A stretch of 64,000 nt of DNA, from positions 134,540,001 through 134,604,000 of the forward strand of contig OX597817.1 of the NCBI GenBank assembly GCA_951406725.2, in the 5' to 3' direction. The translations under genes and the position numbers were made by a program. Each line of letters opens with the position of its first letter. Within the stretch, counting starts at the first letter, position 1. This document shows positions 52,050 to 64,000 of this stretch, one piece after another. The DNA is from Octopus vulgaris (taxonomy: Eukaryota). The notes below the pieces were generated by a model, which saw only the letters and a program-made list of their open reading frames with translations, ran no database searches and had not been told where the DNA came from.

Positions 52050-52960
52050 GAGTGAGAGAGCAATGCATACCTCCAAAGGGATGCTGGGGTACTATTAAAC
52101 GAAGCCCAATACACCTTTATACTTGACTCTCGTAGCTGTCAAATCTTAGCGATCTTAATTCTCAGATCTCCATATTTATCAACCTTTTCTCTTTCTTTCA
52201 TGATAATATGTTGATCTCCTGGCACTACTGCGTCGATTATTAAGCACTCTTGTTTGTCCCTCCTAAAGGTTACTATATCCAGCCTTCGATACTCTAATAC
52301 CTTGTCTGTCTGGAAATCACAGTCACAGGGGATTTTTGCCTTCCCATTTTCGTCTATTACCTTTTCTGATGTACGTCGGTACGAAGCACCTGTTACATGG
52401 TATCCATTCTTCCAGCATAGTAACCAGTGAAGGTTTTGGACTACCTTGTCGTGTCTGCGCCTGTACTCTCTCTGCGCTATGAATGGGTGCAATATAGCGG
52501 ACTACAGTAACCGCCCAAACACTGATGCCAGTGACAAGGTCCCTTGAGCAGAGTTTTGATTTCAAAAGAAATTTGAGGCGCTTGAAACATGCATGATGAC
52601 CTTTTCTATCATTTCTCAGTGCAAGCTATTGTCAAGCACCAGGATCCCGAGATATTTGTAGCCATCATCATCTGAGTCTTCCATTTTATGCCCTACAATC
52701 TGCTCCTTTCCCCCACTTCAAATTGAGCACCGCACACTTTGAGATACCGAGTTCCAACCCTATATCTTTGCTGCACATCTGCACAACCTCAGCCAGCCTC
52801 TCCATTTCAGTCCCTGTTTTTGCCAACTGTTTTTAAAACATCCATGAAGAGAAAGTGATCGAGACGGGGTCCGTTCTTTCTCAGCTCACTGAGTGCGTTG
52901 ATTTTGCGTAAAACTATAGAAAGTGTGATGAAGGCTATAACAAAGGTGAACAAGAGTCTC
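52050..52960 (-). mobile_element. R4/Dong-like element with internal deletions
   Basis: HFLFMDV (RT FMDD motif)..DIGLELGISKCAVL..YKYLGI..KSKLCSRDLVTGISVWAVTVVRY joined to AQREYRRRHDKV..HWLLC..DFQTDKVLEYRRLDIV..CLIIDAVVPGD..KEREKVDKYGDL. Confidence 0.85.
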
Positions 52961-52970
52961 CATTATAATT

Positions 52971-53520
52971 GAGTAAGAGAGCAGTGCTTGCCATTAAAAT
53001 GACACTGGGGTACAAATATACGAAGCCTGATATAACCATCATGACTACCCGTCTGATAAGGGTACACCAGGCACGTGCATCACACTATATATGTGCACAA
53101 CATGGTGATCTCATATCAAGATAAACAGAGCATGAACTTGCAGACGGGCCCAGTTAGAATTTTCTTCAGGTCGAGTAGCCCATCCCGCTCAAAAGGTCCC
53201 TGAATAAGATTTGTTTAAGGATGCTGAACGAAACACCCGTCTTTCCAGAGGTGAATTATCCAAACCCCATAGATTTCCTTTCAACACATGGCTATGATGC
53301 TCCCCTACTATTTCTACTCGAGATCAGAGATGTACATATCGCCAGACACTAAGGGACATGCTCAACTGGTTAAGATCAAACAACTGACAAGTAAATTTGT
53401 AGTACAGAGCACAATATTTGCTGTAGCCATATGTTATGCCAAGACAGAAACATGTACATGATGACATTTCCAATCAGTTAAGATCAGGAGATAGGAGAGC
53501 CACTGCCTGGCATTGCATCA
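52971..53520 (-). mobile_element. Non-coding repeat family E, longest copy (~550 bp)
   Basis: Homologous to 10608-10928 and 53746-54213; no recognisable ORF; 3' end ...ctctcttactc followed by aat. Confidence 0.8.
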
Positions 53521-53675
53521 CAATTATTGTTGTTGCTGTTGTTGTTGTTCTGCCGAGGTCTACATTGTTTTCATCCTTTCAGGGTCGATAAATAAGTACC
53601 AGTGAAACACTGGGGTCGATGTAATTGACTAGTTCCTTCCCCAAAATTGAAGGCCTTATACCTGCAGTAGAAAGG

Positions 53676-53745
<70 letters not shown>

Positions 53746-54213
53746 GAGTGCAAGAGCAGCACATGCTATCAAAGTGACGTTTGGGTACAAATATGCTAAG
53801 CCCAATATAGCCATCATGATTACCCACAAAAGATAAGGGTACAGCAGGCACATGCATCACAACCATATGACCTCAAATCAAAATAAACAGCACATGACCT
53901 TGCAGGTGGGGGCCTAGTTAGTTAGGATTTTCTTCAGGTCCAATAGCCCATCTGGTCAAAATGCTCATGAATAAAGGTTGTTTAAGAAAAAGGAATGAAA
54001 ACCCCATGTTTCCTGAGGTGAATTATTTAAACCCCAAAGAATTCCTCTCAACACATGGCTATGATGCTTTCCTACAATTTCTGTTCGTGATCATATATCG
54101 TCAACCACTAAGGGACATACTCAACAGGTTAAAGTCAAGCCACTAACAAACAAATCTGTAGTTTTGAGCAGAATATTTGCTGTTGTCCATCTTTTACACT
54201 AAGACAAAACATG
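53746..54213 (-). mobile_element. Non-coding repeat family E with long (AAT)n tail
   Basis: Homologous to 52971-53460. Confidence 0.8.
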
Positions 54214-54530
54214 CTGACTTATGGAAGTCTGTCGAACAGATATCATCTTACATAGAACGGATATCGGCCGAATCCGTCGTCAGGATCGTCCTACGACTCA
54301 CCTTTAATAAAGCCGGGCAAATGTTGTTCCTGTCTTGTTGCTATGACCGAAGAGGTTGTGTGTTGGACAAAACTGAAAAGCTTGAGGACAGACACCGTTC
54401 TCTTCAGTCAGGTCCTTATCGACTCTTTATATTCTTGTTGAAAAGTGTGGGTGTACAGGGACGTGCTCCCTCCCAAAGAATTTGTGAAAAAATGGGAGAC
54501 TGTGGCAAAAATGGTGAGAGTGAATGACTC
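54212..54530 (+). mobile_element. Tx1/L1-like LINE 3' fragment
   Basis: ADLWKSVEQISSYIERISAESVVRI...; homologous to 13535-13861. Confidence 0.6.
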
Positions 54531-54904
54531 TTCTCTAAGCATGCGTCTGTAGATTGGACAACAGCTGTTGACAGACGGTTCGTACCTTGTTGATCAGGGT
54601 AATCTTAAATCTCTAGGGATTTTTTATTGTCTCTAGCTGGAGTTTTTTCCTACATCAGGAGAACTGCACCATTCATGTTATTATAAATTATCTTTGAATA
54701 AGAAATCAATCGAAAAGTCGGTGAAATACATAAAGATATTTTTGAATAAAAAATATCTTCATCTCATTTCACCGACTTCTCTATTGATTTCTCCGCATCT
54801 TTTATATAAACCCTCTAACAAATTGTTGACTACTTGCGATATCCCCTGCATTTATATTCCTATGGCCAAGAAAAGGAATCATACTCATCGTCATTATCAT
54901 CATT

Positions 54905-54938
<34 letters not shown>

Positions 54939-54939
54939 C

Positions 54940-55600
54940 AAGTCGACAAGCTGGCGGAATATCTATCGCAGTTGACAAAATACTTAGCGGCATTTGTTCC
55001 GACCCTTTACTTTCTGAAGTAAATTCTGCTGTGATCAACTTTGCTTTTGATCCTTTCGGGGATCGATAAACTATTGTACCAATTAATCAGTGTGGTCGAT
55101 GTAATCGATTTATCCGCTGCTTCGAATAAAAAGTCTGATCTTGAGACTAAATTTGAAACAGTTTTTTTAAGGTGCAGAGTCGTTAAGAGACCGGACAAAA
55201 TACCTAACGACATTTCGTCCGACTTTACGTTCTCAGTTCAAATTCCAATGAGGTCAACTTTGCCTTTCATCTTTTCGAGTCTATGAAGTAAGTACCAGTT
55301 ACACACTGGGGTCGATCTAATCATCTATCCTCCTCCCTTCAAAATTCCGGGCTTTGTTGCTATAGCAAAAGCATTATTATCCTTGCTGTTAGGGCGGCGA
55401 ACTGGAAGAACCGTTGTCTTGCTGAACGAAATGCTTAGCGGCATTTCGTCCGTCGCTATGTTCAGAGTTCAAATTCCACCGAGGTCGACTTTGCCTTTCT
55501 GGGTCGATAAATTAAGTTCTATTGAAACACTGGGGTCGATGTAATCGAGTAGTCTCCTCCCCAGAAATTTCGAGCCTTGTGCCAATGGGAGAAAGGATTA
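54940..55600 (+). mobile_element. Three head-to-tail SINE family A copies
   Basis: Heads at ~54943, ~55170 and ~55391. Confidence 0.8.
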
Positions 55601-57512
55601 TTATCATTGTTGTTACGTTTAGAAAATAAAGGCGTCGGAGTTCGTGAGTTGTTATTGAATCTTATTTTCATGAAGAACGCCATATTTGCTTTTGTTGTAG
55701 CATTCTGTTAGTAAGCAAACCGGCATTCTACAGGATTGGTCGGCGTCGTGCAATTTTCGCCCCTTCGTGGCAGAATTTACGCTGTTTTGTAACTTTTACC
55801 CTTTTTTCCAACAGTATAATTGTATACGACAGAATGATATCTTTATTGCTGTAAAGATATGATCATGTCATGCATAATTATATAACGATTCACATAAATA
55901 TATTCCAATGATTGTTTCTTCTAGTCAAATCACTTGTTTCACAAATACCTTAATACGATCATGGAACTGGATTTGTATGTGCGTGTTTGTGTGTGTGGGG
56001 GGGGGGAGCAGGCAAGGCCAAATTGCTACCTTGCTGTATTTACGTAAGCTCCTTGCGTTCTGAGATCAAATCCTACCGTGGCCTACATGGCTGATGAGTT
56101 AATTCTACTGTACATTTTAACACCAACATCTGATCCTTGGTTGCATCCGAGCATTCAATCATGGTCTTTAATGTGAAAATATTGTTTCTCTCTCTCTCCT
56201 TTGCCCCTCCTAGAAGACGCAAAGCACCAGAAAAGAATGATTGGTTTTGCTTTTTCTTATGACTAAGTGATAGAAACGTATGAGATCGATAAAGTGGGTT
56301 AACTGTCTTAGAATGCAGTGTTCCTCAAGGCCATAGCGCAGCGGAAGGAACTACTAACAGAAAGATTAAAAGAATACTGCTAAACATGCCATTGAAGAAG
56401 CCTCTGTGTAGCCTCTAGGTCAGCGAGAAATAGCAACTAAATCTACCTCAAACCACACCCTACCTTCTCGAAAGATGTGTAATATTTTAAATAACTGAGG
56501 TGGTGATCTGGCAGAGTAATTATCACGCCGGACGAAATGCTTAGCGGCATTTCTTCCGACTTTACGTTATGAGTTCAAATATTGCCGGGGTCGACTTTAC
56601 CTTTTGTCCCTTTCGGGGTCGATAAATTGCATATCAGTGGAGTACTGAGGGCGATGTATTTAACTTACTCCCTTCTACGAAATAATTGGCCTTGTTCCAA
56701 AATTTGAAACTAACAATTTAAATAATTTTTAAATGAAATCCTGTTTCAGGCTGGAAAATATCTGATCATAGGATAACTTGATCAGGACTGGCCTAGGGTT
56801 AAACAACAAAAATCACATTCTCTACTCTTATGATGACTATACCTTTAGGTTGAAAATCTCAACGGAGTAATTAAGACAAAATAAATACGCAGCCACGCAA
56901 AGGCTATAAGAGCAAACGCAGAAAACTTAAATCCGATGAAATGAATGTATATATAATTCAAATGTTCACTTAAAATAGTCGAAGTTGATCAATTATTCAT
57001 TATTTGAAACAATTGTTAATTTCTGACAGAAGTGTTATACATGGTAGCTGCCATTACACTGCAGCCTTGACCCAGTTTTTTCATTGCAAACAGTATCGCC
57101 ATTTTGATTCATGTCGCTAAGGTCCTTGGAAAAGAAAATCAGATAAACCTCAATTCCTCTTTTCCTATGAATATTAACAATATAAGAAATCAATGAACTG
57201 ATCACTGAATACATTGTTTATTGATACAGTATCTATTGTCAAGTGGGTTTTTTTTTATTTCTTAGAAATAAGGAAACCTATATTTTTATTGTTTTAGTGA
57301 TTTTTCTATCTTTCAGAACAAACTTCAGATATTAAGGGCAGGGGTTTGCCTGATTTCTTTGATCTTAGGAGTTTACATGTGATTATTTTAATCTATCACC
57401 TCGGAGGGCATGAAGGGTAAAGTTAAACCTAATGGTCATGGACTCATATTGCTTAAACAGCTTAAAACTTTATATTCTTGGGATAACTAACTATGCTGTT
57501 TAACGGTAAGTT

Positions 57513-57676
57513 TGGCTTGGCTCTGTGGTAAAGCATTTGATTTCAAATCACAAGGTTTCAGCTTCAGTCCTACTGTGTGGTGCCTTGGGCAAACATCGTA
57601 TGTTATTGCCCAGGGCCAACCAACGGTTTGTGAGTGGATCTGGTCGTAGACACTGAAAGGAGCCCGCATACCCTTA

Positions 57677-57734
<58 letters not shown>

Positions 57735-57948
57735 CTTATACTTGGCAACCACTGTTGGTGAGATTACGTGTTTACGTCCCCGTAACTTACAGGTTCGGCA
57801 AGGAGATCGATAATGTAAGTACCGGGTTTAAGAAAAAAAAGCATTAGTACTAGAATCAATTCATTCGACTAAAATCTCCTCAAAGTAGTGCCCCAGCATG
57901 GCCGCAGACTAATGACTTAAACAAGCAAAAGATAAAAAACTAAAAGAT
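57513..57948 (+). mobile_element. SINE family C with internal (TG)n
   Basis: Head, CORE-like ccttgggcaa, (TG)n at 57680-57732, tail ccccagcatggccgcag..aaacaagcaaaagataaaa. Confidence 0.8.
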
Positions 57949-58204
57949 CACATCCATTTCAGACTAAGAAGGTACCCTCTGCGCCCTCTACATGGTTTCT
58001 GCATCAACTGGAAATGGGAGACAAATCTCGTGGGACTAAAGTTAGAAACCTTTTATTATAGAACAATCAACAGTTTGTGGAGAGTTTTCATAGCTTTAGA
58101 AAAAATACTGGGGTGGAGGGAGAGGGGACTTTATACTGGTTCCTTGCATTCTAAGTTCAAATCCAACCGAAGTTAGCTTGTCATTCGTCGGTAAATAAAA
58201 CTGG

Positions 58205-58520
58205 TACTTCGTCGGTTACGACGACGAGTGATCTAATTGATCTGAACTGCGGAACCGCCTGCTCGTGTAATCAATATGCAAGTGGCTGAGTACTCCTCAG
58301 ACACGCATAACCTTAGTGTAGTTCTCGGGGAGATTCAGTGTGATGCAGAATGTGAGAAGGCTTGCTCCCTTTGTATTACGGGTACTATTCGTTTTTGCCA
58401 GTTCAGTGGACTTGAGTAATGCGGAATAAAGTGTCTCGTTCAAAGACACCATGCGCCTCTGGGTATCGAACTCACGATCAGAGGATGATGGCCTAAATAC
58501 CTCAACCACTAAGCCATTCG
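58205..58520 (-). mobile_element. Older OR-type SINE related to family B
   Basis: cgtcggttacgacgacgag..gcctgctcgtg..gtagttctcggggagattcag. Confidence 0.7.
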
Positions 58521-58814
58521 ACTTCTCTTCAGTAAATGAAATATTGATGAAACACTAAGATCGATTCTCTCTCCCTTTCTCTCTCCGTCTCTCTCTCTCT
58601 CTCTCTTTCTCTCTCTTCCTTCTCTCTTTCTCTCTCCCCTTCTCTCTCTCTCTTTCTCTCTCTTCCTTTCTTTTTCTCTCACTTTCTGTAAAACTCGGTG
58701 CATAAGAAAATCGGACAGTTCATTTTTAATGACCTGATATCATTAACTCCCTTTGGGAGGCGAGGGTGAAAACGTTAAATATGTAACAAGCAAGTAGTGG
58801 ACATAGTATCAAAG

Positions 58815-59475
58815 TTTGGCCCAAGGCCAGGAATTTCATGGGAAAGGAGTAAATCGATTACATCGACCCCAGTGATCAACTGCTACTTATTTTATCGACC
58901 CAGAAAGGACGAAAGGTAGAGCTGACCTCGGTGGAATTTGAACTTAGAACGTAAAGACGGATGAAATGCCGCTAAGCATTTTGTCCGGCCTGCTAACGAT
59001 TGACTTGGTTTCAATATCATTTTCATATTTGGACACAAGACCAGCAATTTCGGGACGGGGTTAAGTCGATTATATCGACCCCAGTTTTCAACAGGAATAT
59101 ATTTTATCGACACCGAAAGGATGAAAGACAAGGTCGATCCCAACGGAATTTGAACTCAGAGCCTAAAAACAGAATAAGTGCCACTAAGTATTTTGTCTTG
59201 TGTGTTAAAAACTCTGCCAACTTGCTTTGGTCTCAATATTAAAATTCATTTAGAGGCGGCGAGCTGGCAGAATCGTTAAGCACGCCGGATAAAATGCTCA
59301 TGCTCAGCGGCATTTCGTCCGACTTTACGTTCTGAGTTCAAATTCCGCTGAGGTCGACTTTGACTTTTATTCTTGCGGGGCCGATAAAATAAGTACCAGT
59401 TGAACACTGAGGTCAATATAATCTGACCTCAACCATATACTTGCTGGCCTTGTGCCAAAATCTGAAACTAATATT
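58815..59475. mobile_element. SINE family A cluster: two minus copies then one plus copy (divergent)
   Basis: Minus 58815-59000 and 59020-59230; plus 59254-59475. Confidence 0.75.
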
Positions 59476-59534
59476 GAAATTCATTATTTTTAAAGAAATA
59501 TTTAAGAACATTAAAGAAAAAAAGCAAACCATAA

Positions 59535-59850
59535 ACCAGGTTGGGAAGCTTACTTACCAACCACATGGTTCCGAGTTCAGTCCCACTGCGTGGCACATTA
59601 GGCAAGTGTCTTCTACTATAGCCTCGAGCCACCCAAAGCCTTGTGAGTGGATCTGGTAGAGAGAAACTAAAAGAAGTCCATTATATACATCTATATTTAT
59701 GTGTGTGTGTCTCCTCATCACCGCTTGACAACCGGTGTTGGTGTGTTTACGTTCCCTTAACCTAGCGGTTCGGCAAAAGATATCGATAGAATACTAAAAG
59801 TTCAAGGCGGTGCCCCAGCATAGCCACAGTCTACGAGGATAAAAGCTAGA
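59535..59850 (+). mobile_element. SINE family C
   Basis: ttaccaaccacatggttccgagttcagtcccactgcgtggcac..aaggcggtgccccagcat. Confidence 0.8.
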
Positions 59851-60118
59851 AGATCCAAACCTTTTTCAGTTGCTGTTAATGTTGTTAAGCTACAAGTCTA
59901 CTGTGGTTGAAGATCCATGGTTAAAGATGTTCCAAATTGTGACCCTCACTGTCTATTTTCTTTGTACGTACATTAATATAAGTAGGAATCCATTATTAAA
60001 TATTTTCCTTAATAAGGCAGCGAGCTAGCAGAAACATTAGGACACTGGTCGATCTAATCGACTGACCTCCTACCCTAAAATTTCGGACCATGTGCCTAGA
60101 GTAGAAAAGATCCTTTAA

Positions 60119-60700
60119 GGCGGCGATCTGGCAGAAACGTTAGCACGCCGGGCGAGATGCATAGCCGTATTTCGTCTGCCGCTACGTTCTAAGTTCAAAT
60201 TCTGCCGAGGTCGACTTTGTCTTTCATCCTTTCGGGGTCGATAAATTAAGTACCAGTTGCACACTGGGGTCGATATAATCGACGTAATCCGTTTGTCTGT
60301 CCTTGTTTGTCCTCTCTGTGTTTGGTCCCTTGTGGGTTGTAAAGAAATAGGTATTTCGTCTGTCTTTACGTTGTGAGTTCAAATTCCGCCGAGGTCTACT
60401 TTGCCTTTCATCTTTTCAAGGTCGATTACATAAGTACCAGATAAGCACTGGGATCGATGTAATCGACTTAATCCGTTCGTCTGTTCTTGTTTGTCCTCTC
60501 TGTGTGTAGCCCCTTTTGGGCAGTAAAGAAATAGGTATTTCGTCTGTCTTTACGTTCTAAGTTCAAATTTCGCCTAGGTCGACTTTGCCTTTCATCATTT
60601 CAGTGTCGATAAAATAAGTACCAGTTGCGTACTGTGGTTGATCTAATCGACTGACTCCTTCCCCCCAAATTTCGGGCCTTGTGCCTAGAGAAGAAAAGAA
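60119..60700 (+). mobile_element. SINE family A multimer with a 184-bp internal unit (about 3 units)
   Basis: gtatttcgtctg recurs at 60167, 60351 and 60535; one head, one standard tail. Confidence 0.85.
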
Positions 60701-62620
60701 TATCTTTGCTTAATTTAATACTGTACGGAGTAACTTGAAGGAGATCTGACTGCGCTTTTTACAGGCTTCCACTGCAACATATTTGCTTAGAGGTCGTGTA
60801 GGATGATTACGTGAACGAGCTAGCATCTGTCTATTTTCAGATAACCCAAACATTTCCTGTCTCTGCATCAAATGCTTTACAGATTCTGGTAGAAATCAGT
60901 GAGGAGCAATCAACGACACGAATGTATTTCATAAAAACAAAAAAAAACAAAAATTTAGGCTTCGTAATTATATAATGTTTGTATTAATAATTAGAACTAA
61001 TTATTTAATTAATAGCAGGTATAATTAGCAAGATTTTATAACTATTTTGCGAGGAACTAATTGTATTGCAAGACTTCGTTTTCCTCATTCCTCCCAGATC
61101 TCTGCGATAAATATATCGACATTTCCAATAGCGTTGCTTGTATTTCTTTCGGTGGGTTGGACCAACGAACTCTATAGAAATAGCAATTTCGAAAAATTAG
61201 AAATAAATCGCTCTGCAATAATAATAATAATAATAACTAATTCTTTGTTTGTAATTCACAGGGAGGCAATCTTTTGAGAAAGCCGAACAATTTAGGCAGC
61301 ATTCAAGCTGGTAACCACATATTTTAAAGCTAAAATAATGGTTAAGGATACTTAAGATTATAAGGTTATATGGTAGAATTGGGCAACCCATAAATGGATA
61401 TTTTAGCTTAAATCAGACGAGAGGAAAATTGTTGGGTTTCCTTTTTCATCGTCGATCGCCTCTTTTTGCAGAGACACTATCCAAACCAGTCCTATGCTTG
61501 GACTGATTCCAGAAACAAATGCCTAACCCCAAGTCCACGCACTTATTACCTCTTCACTCATGAATACACCACAAAAAAAAGAAGCATAATTCTGTAAATT
61601 CTCAAGAAGTGCCAGATACTGGTTAAGTATAACTGTACCTCTCCGCCTTACGGCCCTTCCCCCAGGATTTACTATCGAGATTTTTTCTCTTGGCCTTCTT
61701 TAAATGCTCAATAAATTATCCCACAAGGCGGCCGGAGTTTATCAATGTGGTTGGCAGGGTTTGTGTAGAGTCAGTCCCACTTTCTCGTCCTTCAACCTTG
61801 TATTGGTCAGGTGCAACAAGCTCCACGAACCCCGTAGTTACCAGGATGCAGGATTTATGTGGAATTACCTTGTCTTAGGTGACCAGCGTAAGAACTGAAG
61901 GTCAGTCACAAACAACCCGACTGACCCAGGACAATTTTATTTGTTCGGATGTCCCTGAGTGACCATCTTGTGGAGAAATTTCCGTGACATGATAACTAGC
62001 CCATAGCTGAGATATTGGTAGGTGCTACTACTCCAGGAAAATGGAAACAATAGTGACAAAGAGATGGTTCCAAACTCCTCAAAACTTAAGAACTCTTAAA
62101 GAAGAGCCCCAGTACCACCAGATTAAGGGAAGTTAGTTGTTACTTCTTTCCATTAATTTATGGAGAGAGAGAGAGAGGGGGGGAAGAGAGGAAGAGGAAG
62201 AGAGTGAAAGAGAGAAAAACAGTCAGAATTATAGTTAAGATGTTTCTCGTATTAAGCACATCGGTCAGACGATCACGTTAAGAACCATCTACATCAGAGT
62301 AAGATGTACCAGAAATAGCAGCCAAAAATAGCAACAAGATAAAACACTGTTGTCTTAGAAAGAAGGACATATTCGGAAATGAGTGATTTGAAAAAGATGG
62401 AGCACCTTGGTTGGTTTTCTTCGTCTGGGCAAAGCCAGGGATATTTCTTGGCTGCTTTTAAGATTATAGCACTTTTTAACAATTTAAATTTAGTTGCCTT
62501 AAAATATTTTAGAGTGGTGACTATAGACTTGTTTGTATGTTAAGAAGTTTATTTCCCAACCACATGGTCCCGGTTTCAATAACACAGGAGGAGACGTTCG
62601 GTAAGTGTGTTCTATTATAA

Positions 62621-63000
62621 GAGGCGCAATGGCCCAGTGGTTAGGGCAGCGGACTCGCGGTCGTAGGATCGCGGTTTCGATTCTCAGACCGGGCGTTGTG
62701 AGTATTTATTGAGCGAAAACACCTAAAGCTCCACGAGGCTCCGGCAGGAATGGTGGTGATCCCTGCTGTACTCTTTCACCACAACTTTCTCTCACTCTTA
62801 CTTCCTGTTTCTGTTGTACCTGTATTTCAAAGGGCCGGCCTTGTCACTCTCTGTGTCACGCTGAATATCCCCGAGAACTACGTTAAGGGTGCACGTGTCT
62901 GTGGAGTGCTCAGCCACTTACACGTTAATTTCACGAGCAGGCTGTTCCGTTGATCGGATCAACCGGAACCCTCGTCGTCGTAACCGACGGAGTGCTTCCA
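62621..63000 (+). mobile_element. Young full-length SINE family B with 9-bp TSD, nested in an old family C copy
   Basis: TSD tctattata at 62611-62619 and 63001-63009; flanks rejoin as family C ..aagtgtgttctattata|gacttgggccgac. Confidence 0.9.
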
Positions 63001-63176
63001 TCTATTATAGACTTGGGCCGACTAAAACATTCATAGACCCCCAAAAAGGATTAAAACCAAAGACATCCTCGGTAGAATTTGAACTGAAGATGTAAAGAGG
63101 TGGAAGATATGCTATTAAGCATTTTGTCTGATGCTCTAACGATTCTGCCAGCTTACTGACTTCCCAAAGATAAATA

Positions 63177-63390
63177 CAGCAATCGCTCGCGATTCACCTA
63201 TCACGGTTTAGTATTTAAGCTTACGTCGATTCCTCCGTGGTGTTGTTTTGCATTTATAATAAATTAAATATATACAAATTATAAAAATAATTTTTTTAAA
63301 TATACAGTACAGTACTGTTTCTACTTCGCGGAATTTCACCTATTGCGGGGGTTTTGGAACGATACACTCGCGATAGTCGAGGAATTACTA
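63177..63390. mobile_element. Decayed Tigger/pogo-type MITE
   Basis: TA-cagcaatcgctcg ... cgaggaattacta-TA; internal repeat ttcacctat..cgg. Confidence 0.5.
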
Positions 63391-63619
63391 TAACGCGAAA
63401 ACAAGCCACCAAACCGCTAATTTTATTATGTCATGGTCTGTCTCCTTTAACTTTATAAAAATGTAAACAATCCAGCTGCGGTTGCGTTCTTTATTGTTTA
63501 CAGCGTAAATCAGCGCTTCCAGTGCTTTCCTTCGACTGCTTTCTTATTAAAACTGCGCAGATTTGACATTTCAATAATTCCTTGGGAGAGATGTCAGTTT
63601 GACTGCTAGCTTTTATCGT

Positions 63620-63918
63620 GTATTTTTTTACTTGTTTCAATCACTGGAATGCGGCCATGCTGCAGCACCACCTTCAAGAATTTTAGTCCAACAAATCGAA
63701 CCCGGTGCTTATTCTACCGGTACCTTTTGCCGAATCGTTAAGTTACTGGGACGTAAATACGCCGACGCTGGTTGTCAAGAGGTGATGGGATAGACACACA
63801 CACACGCGCATACATACATACATACATACATACATACATACATACATACATGCATACATATATACATACATACATACACACACCCACCCACACCCAAACA
63901 CACACACACACACACACG

Positions 63919-63992
<74 letters not shown>

Positions 63993-64000
63993 CATGATAA
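63620..64000 (-). mobile_element. SINE family C 3' half running into a compound microsatellite
   Basis: ttacttgtttcaatcactggaatgcggccatgctg..taagttactgggacgtaaa..tggttgtcaag. Confidence 0.7.

Noticed and set aside
50666-52114. His/Pro-rich and poly-D/G ORFs resembling low-complexity transcription-factor regions
   Set aside because: Degenerate trinucleotide tracts; no DNA-binding or other domain nearby.
62621-62695. tRNA-Arg(TCG)-like sequence as a real tRNA gene
   Set aside because: It is the head of a repeated SINE with body and TSD; no proper acceptor stem.

Overview
AT-rich, extremely microsatellite-dense eukaryotic DNA with no recognisable intact protein-coding gene. Nearly all listed ORFs are artefacts of (TA)n/(CA)n/trinucleotide tracts or frameshifted transposon debris. 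The SINE families and repeat landscape resemble an Octopus-type cephalopod genome (inference). Contents: at least four tRNA-derived SINE families, some with clear TSDs; decayed Tc1/mariner, maT-like and pogo/Tigger transposases and MITEs; RTE, Tx1/L1-like and R4/Dong-like (REL endonuclease) LINE fragments, the latter mostly in (TAA)n tracts; and three Penelope-like element (PLE) remnants. The main signal is a set of about 10 minimal hammerhead-ribozyme-like motifs in PLE 3' ends and short non-coding repeats, several in fold-back palindromes. They show C3-G8, U3-A8 and G3-C8 versions of the core tertiary pair. Also notable: a ~550-bp non-coding repeat that looks like a non-autonomous partner of Dong/R4, and short unique islands with CRE/CTCF/NF-Y-like motifs. 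Family assignments come from manual motif recognition, not database searches, and boundaries of decayed elements are approximate.
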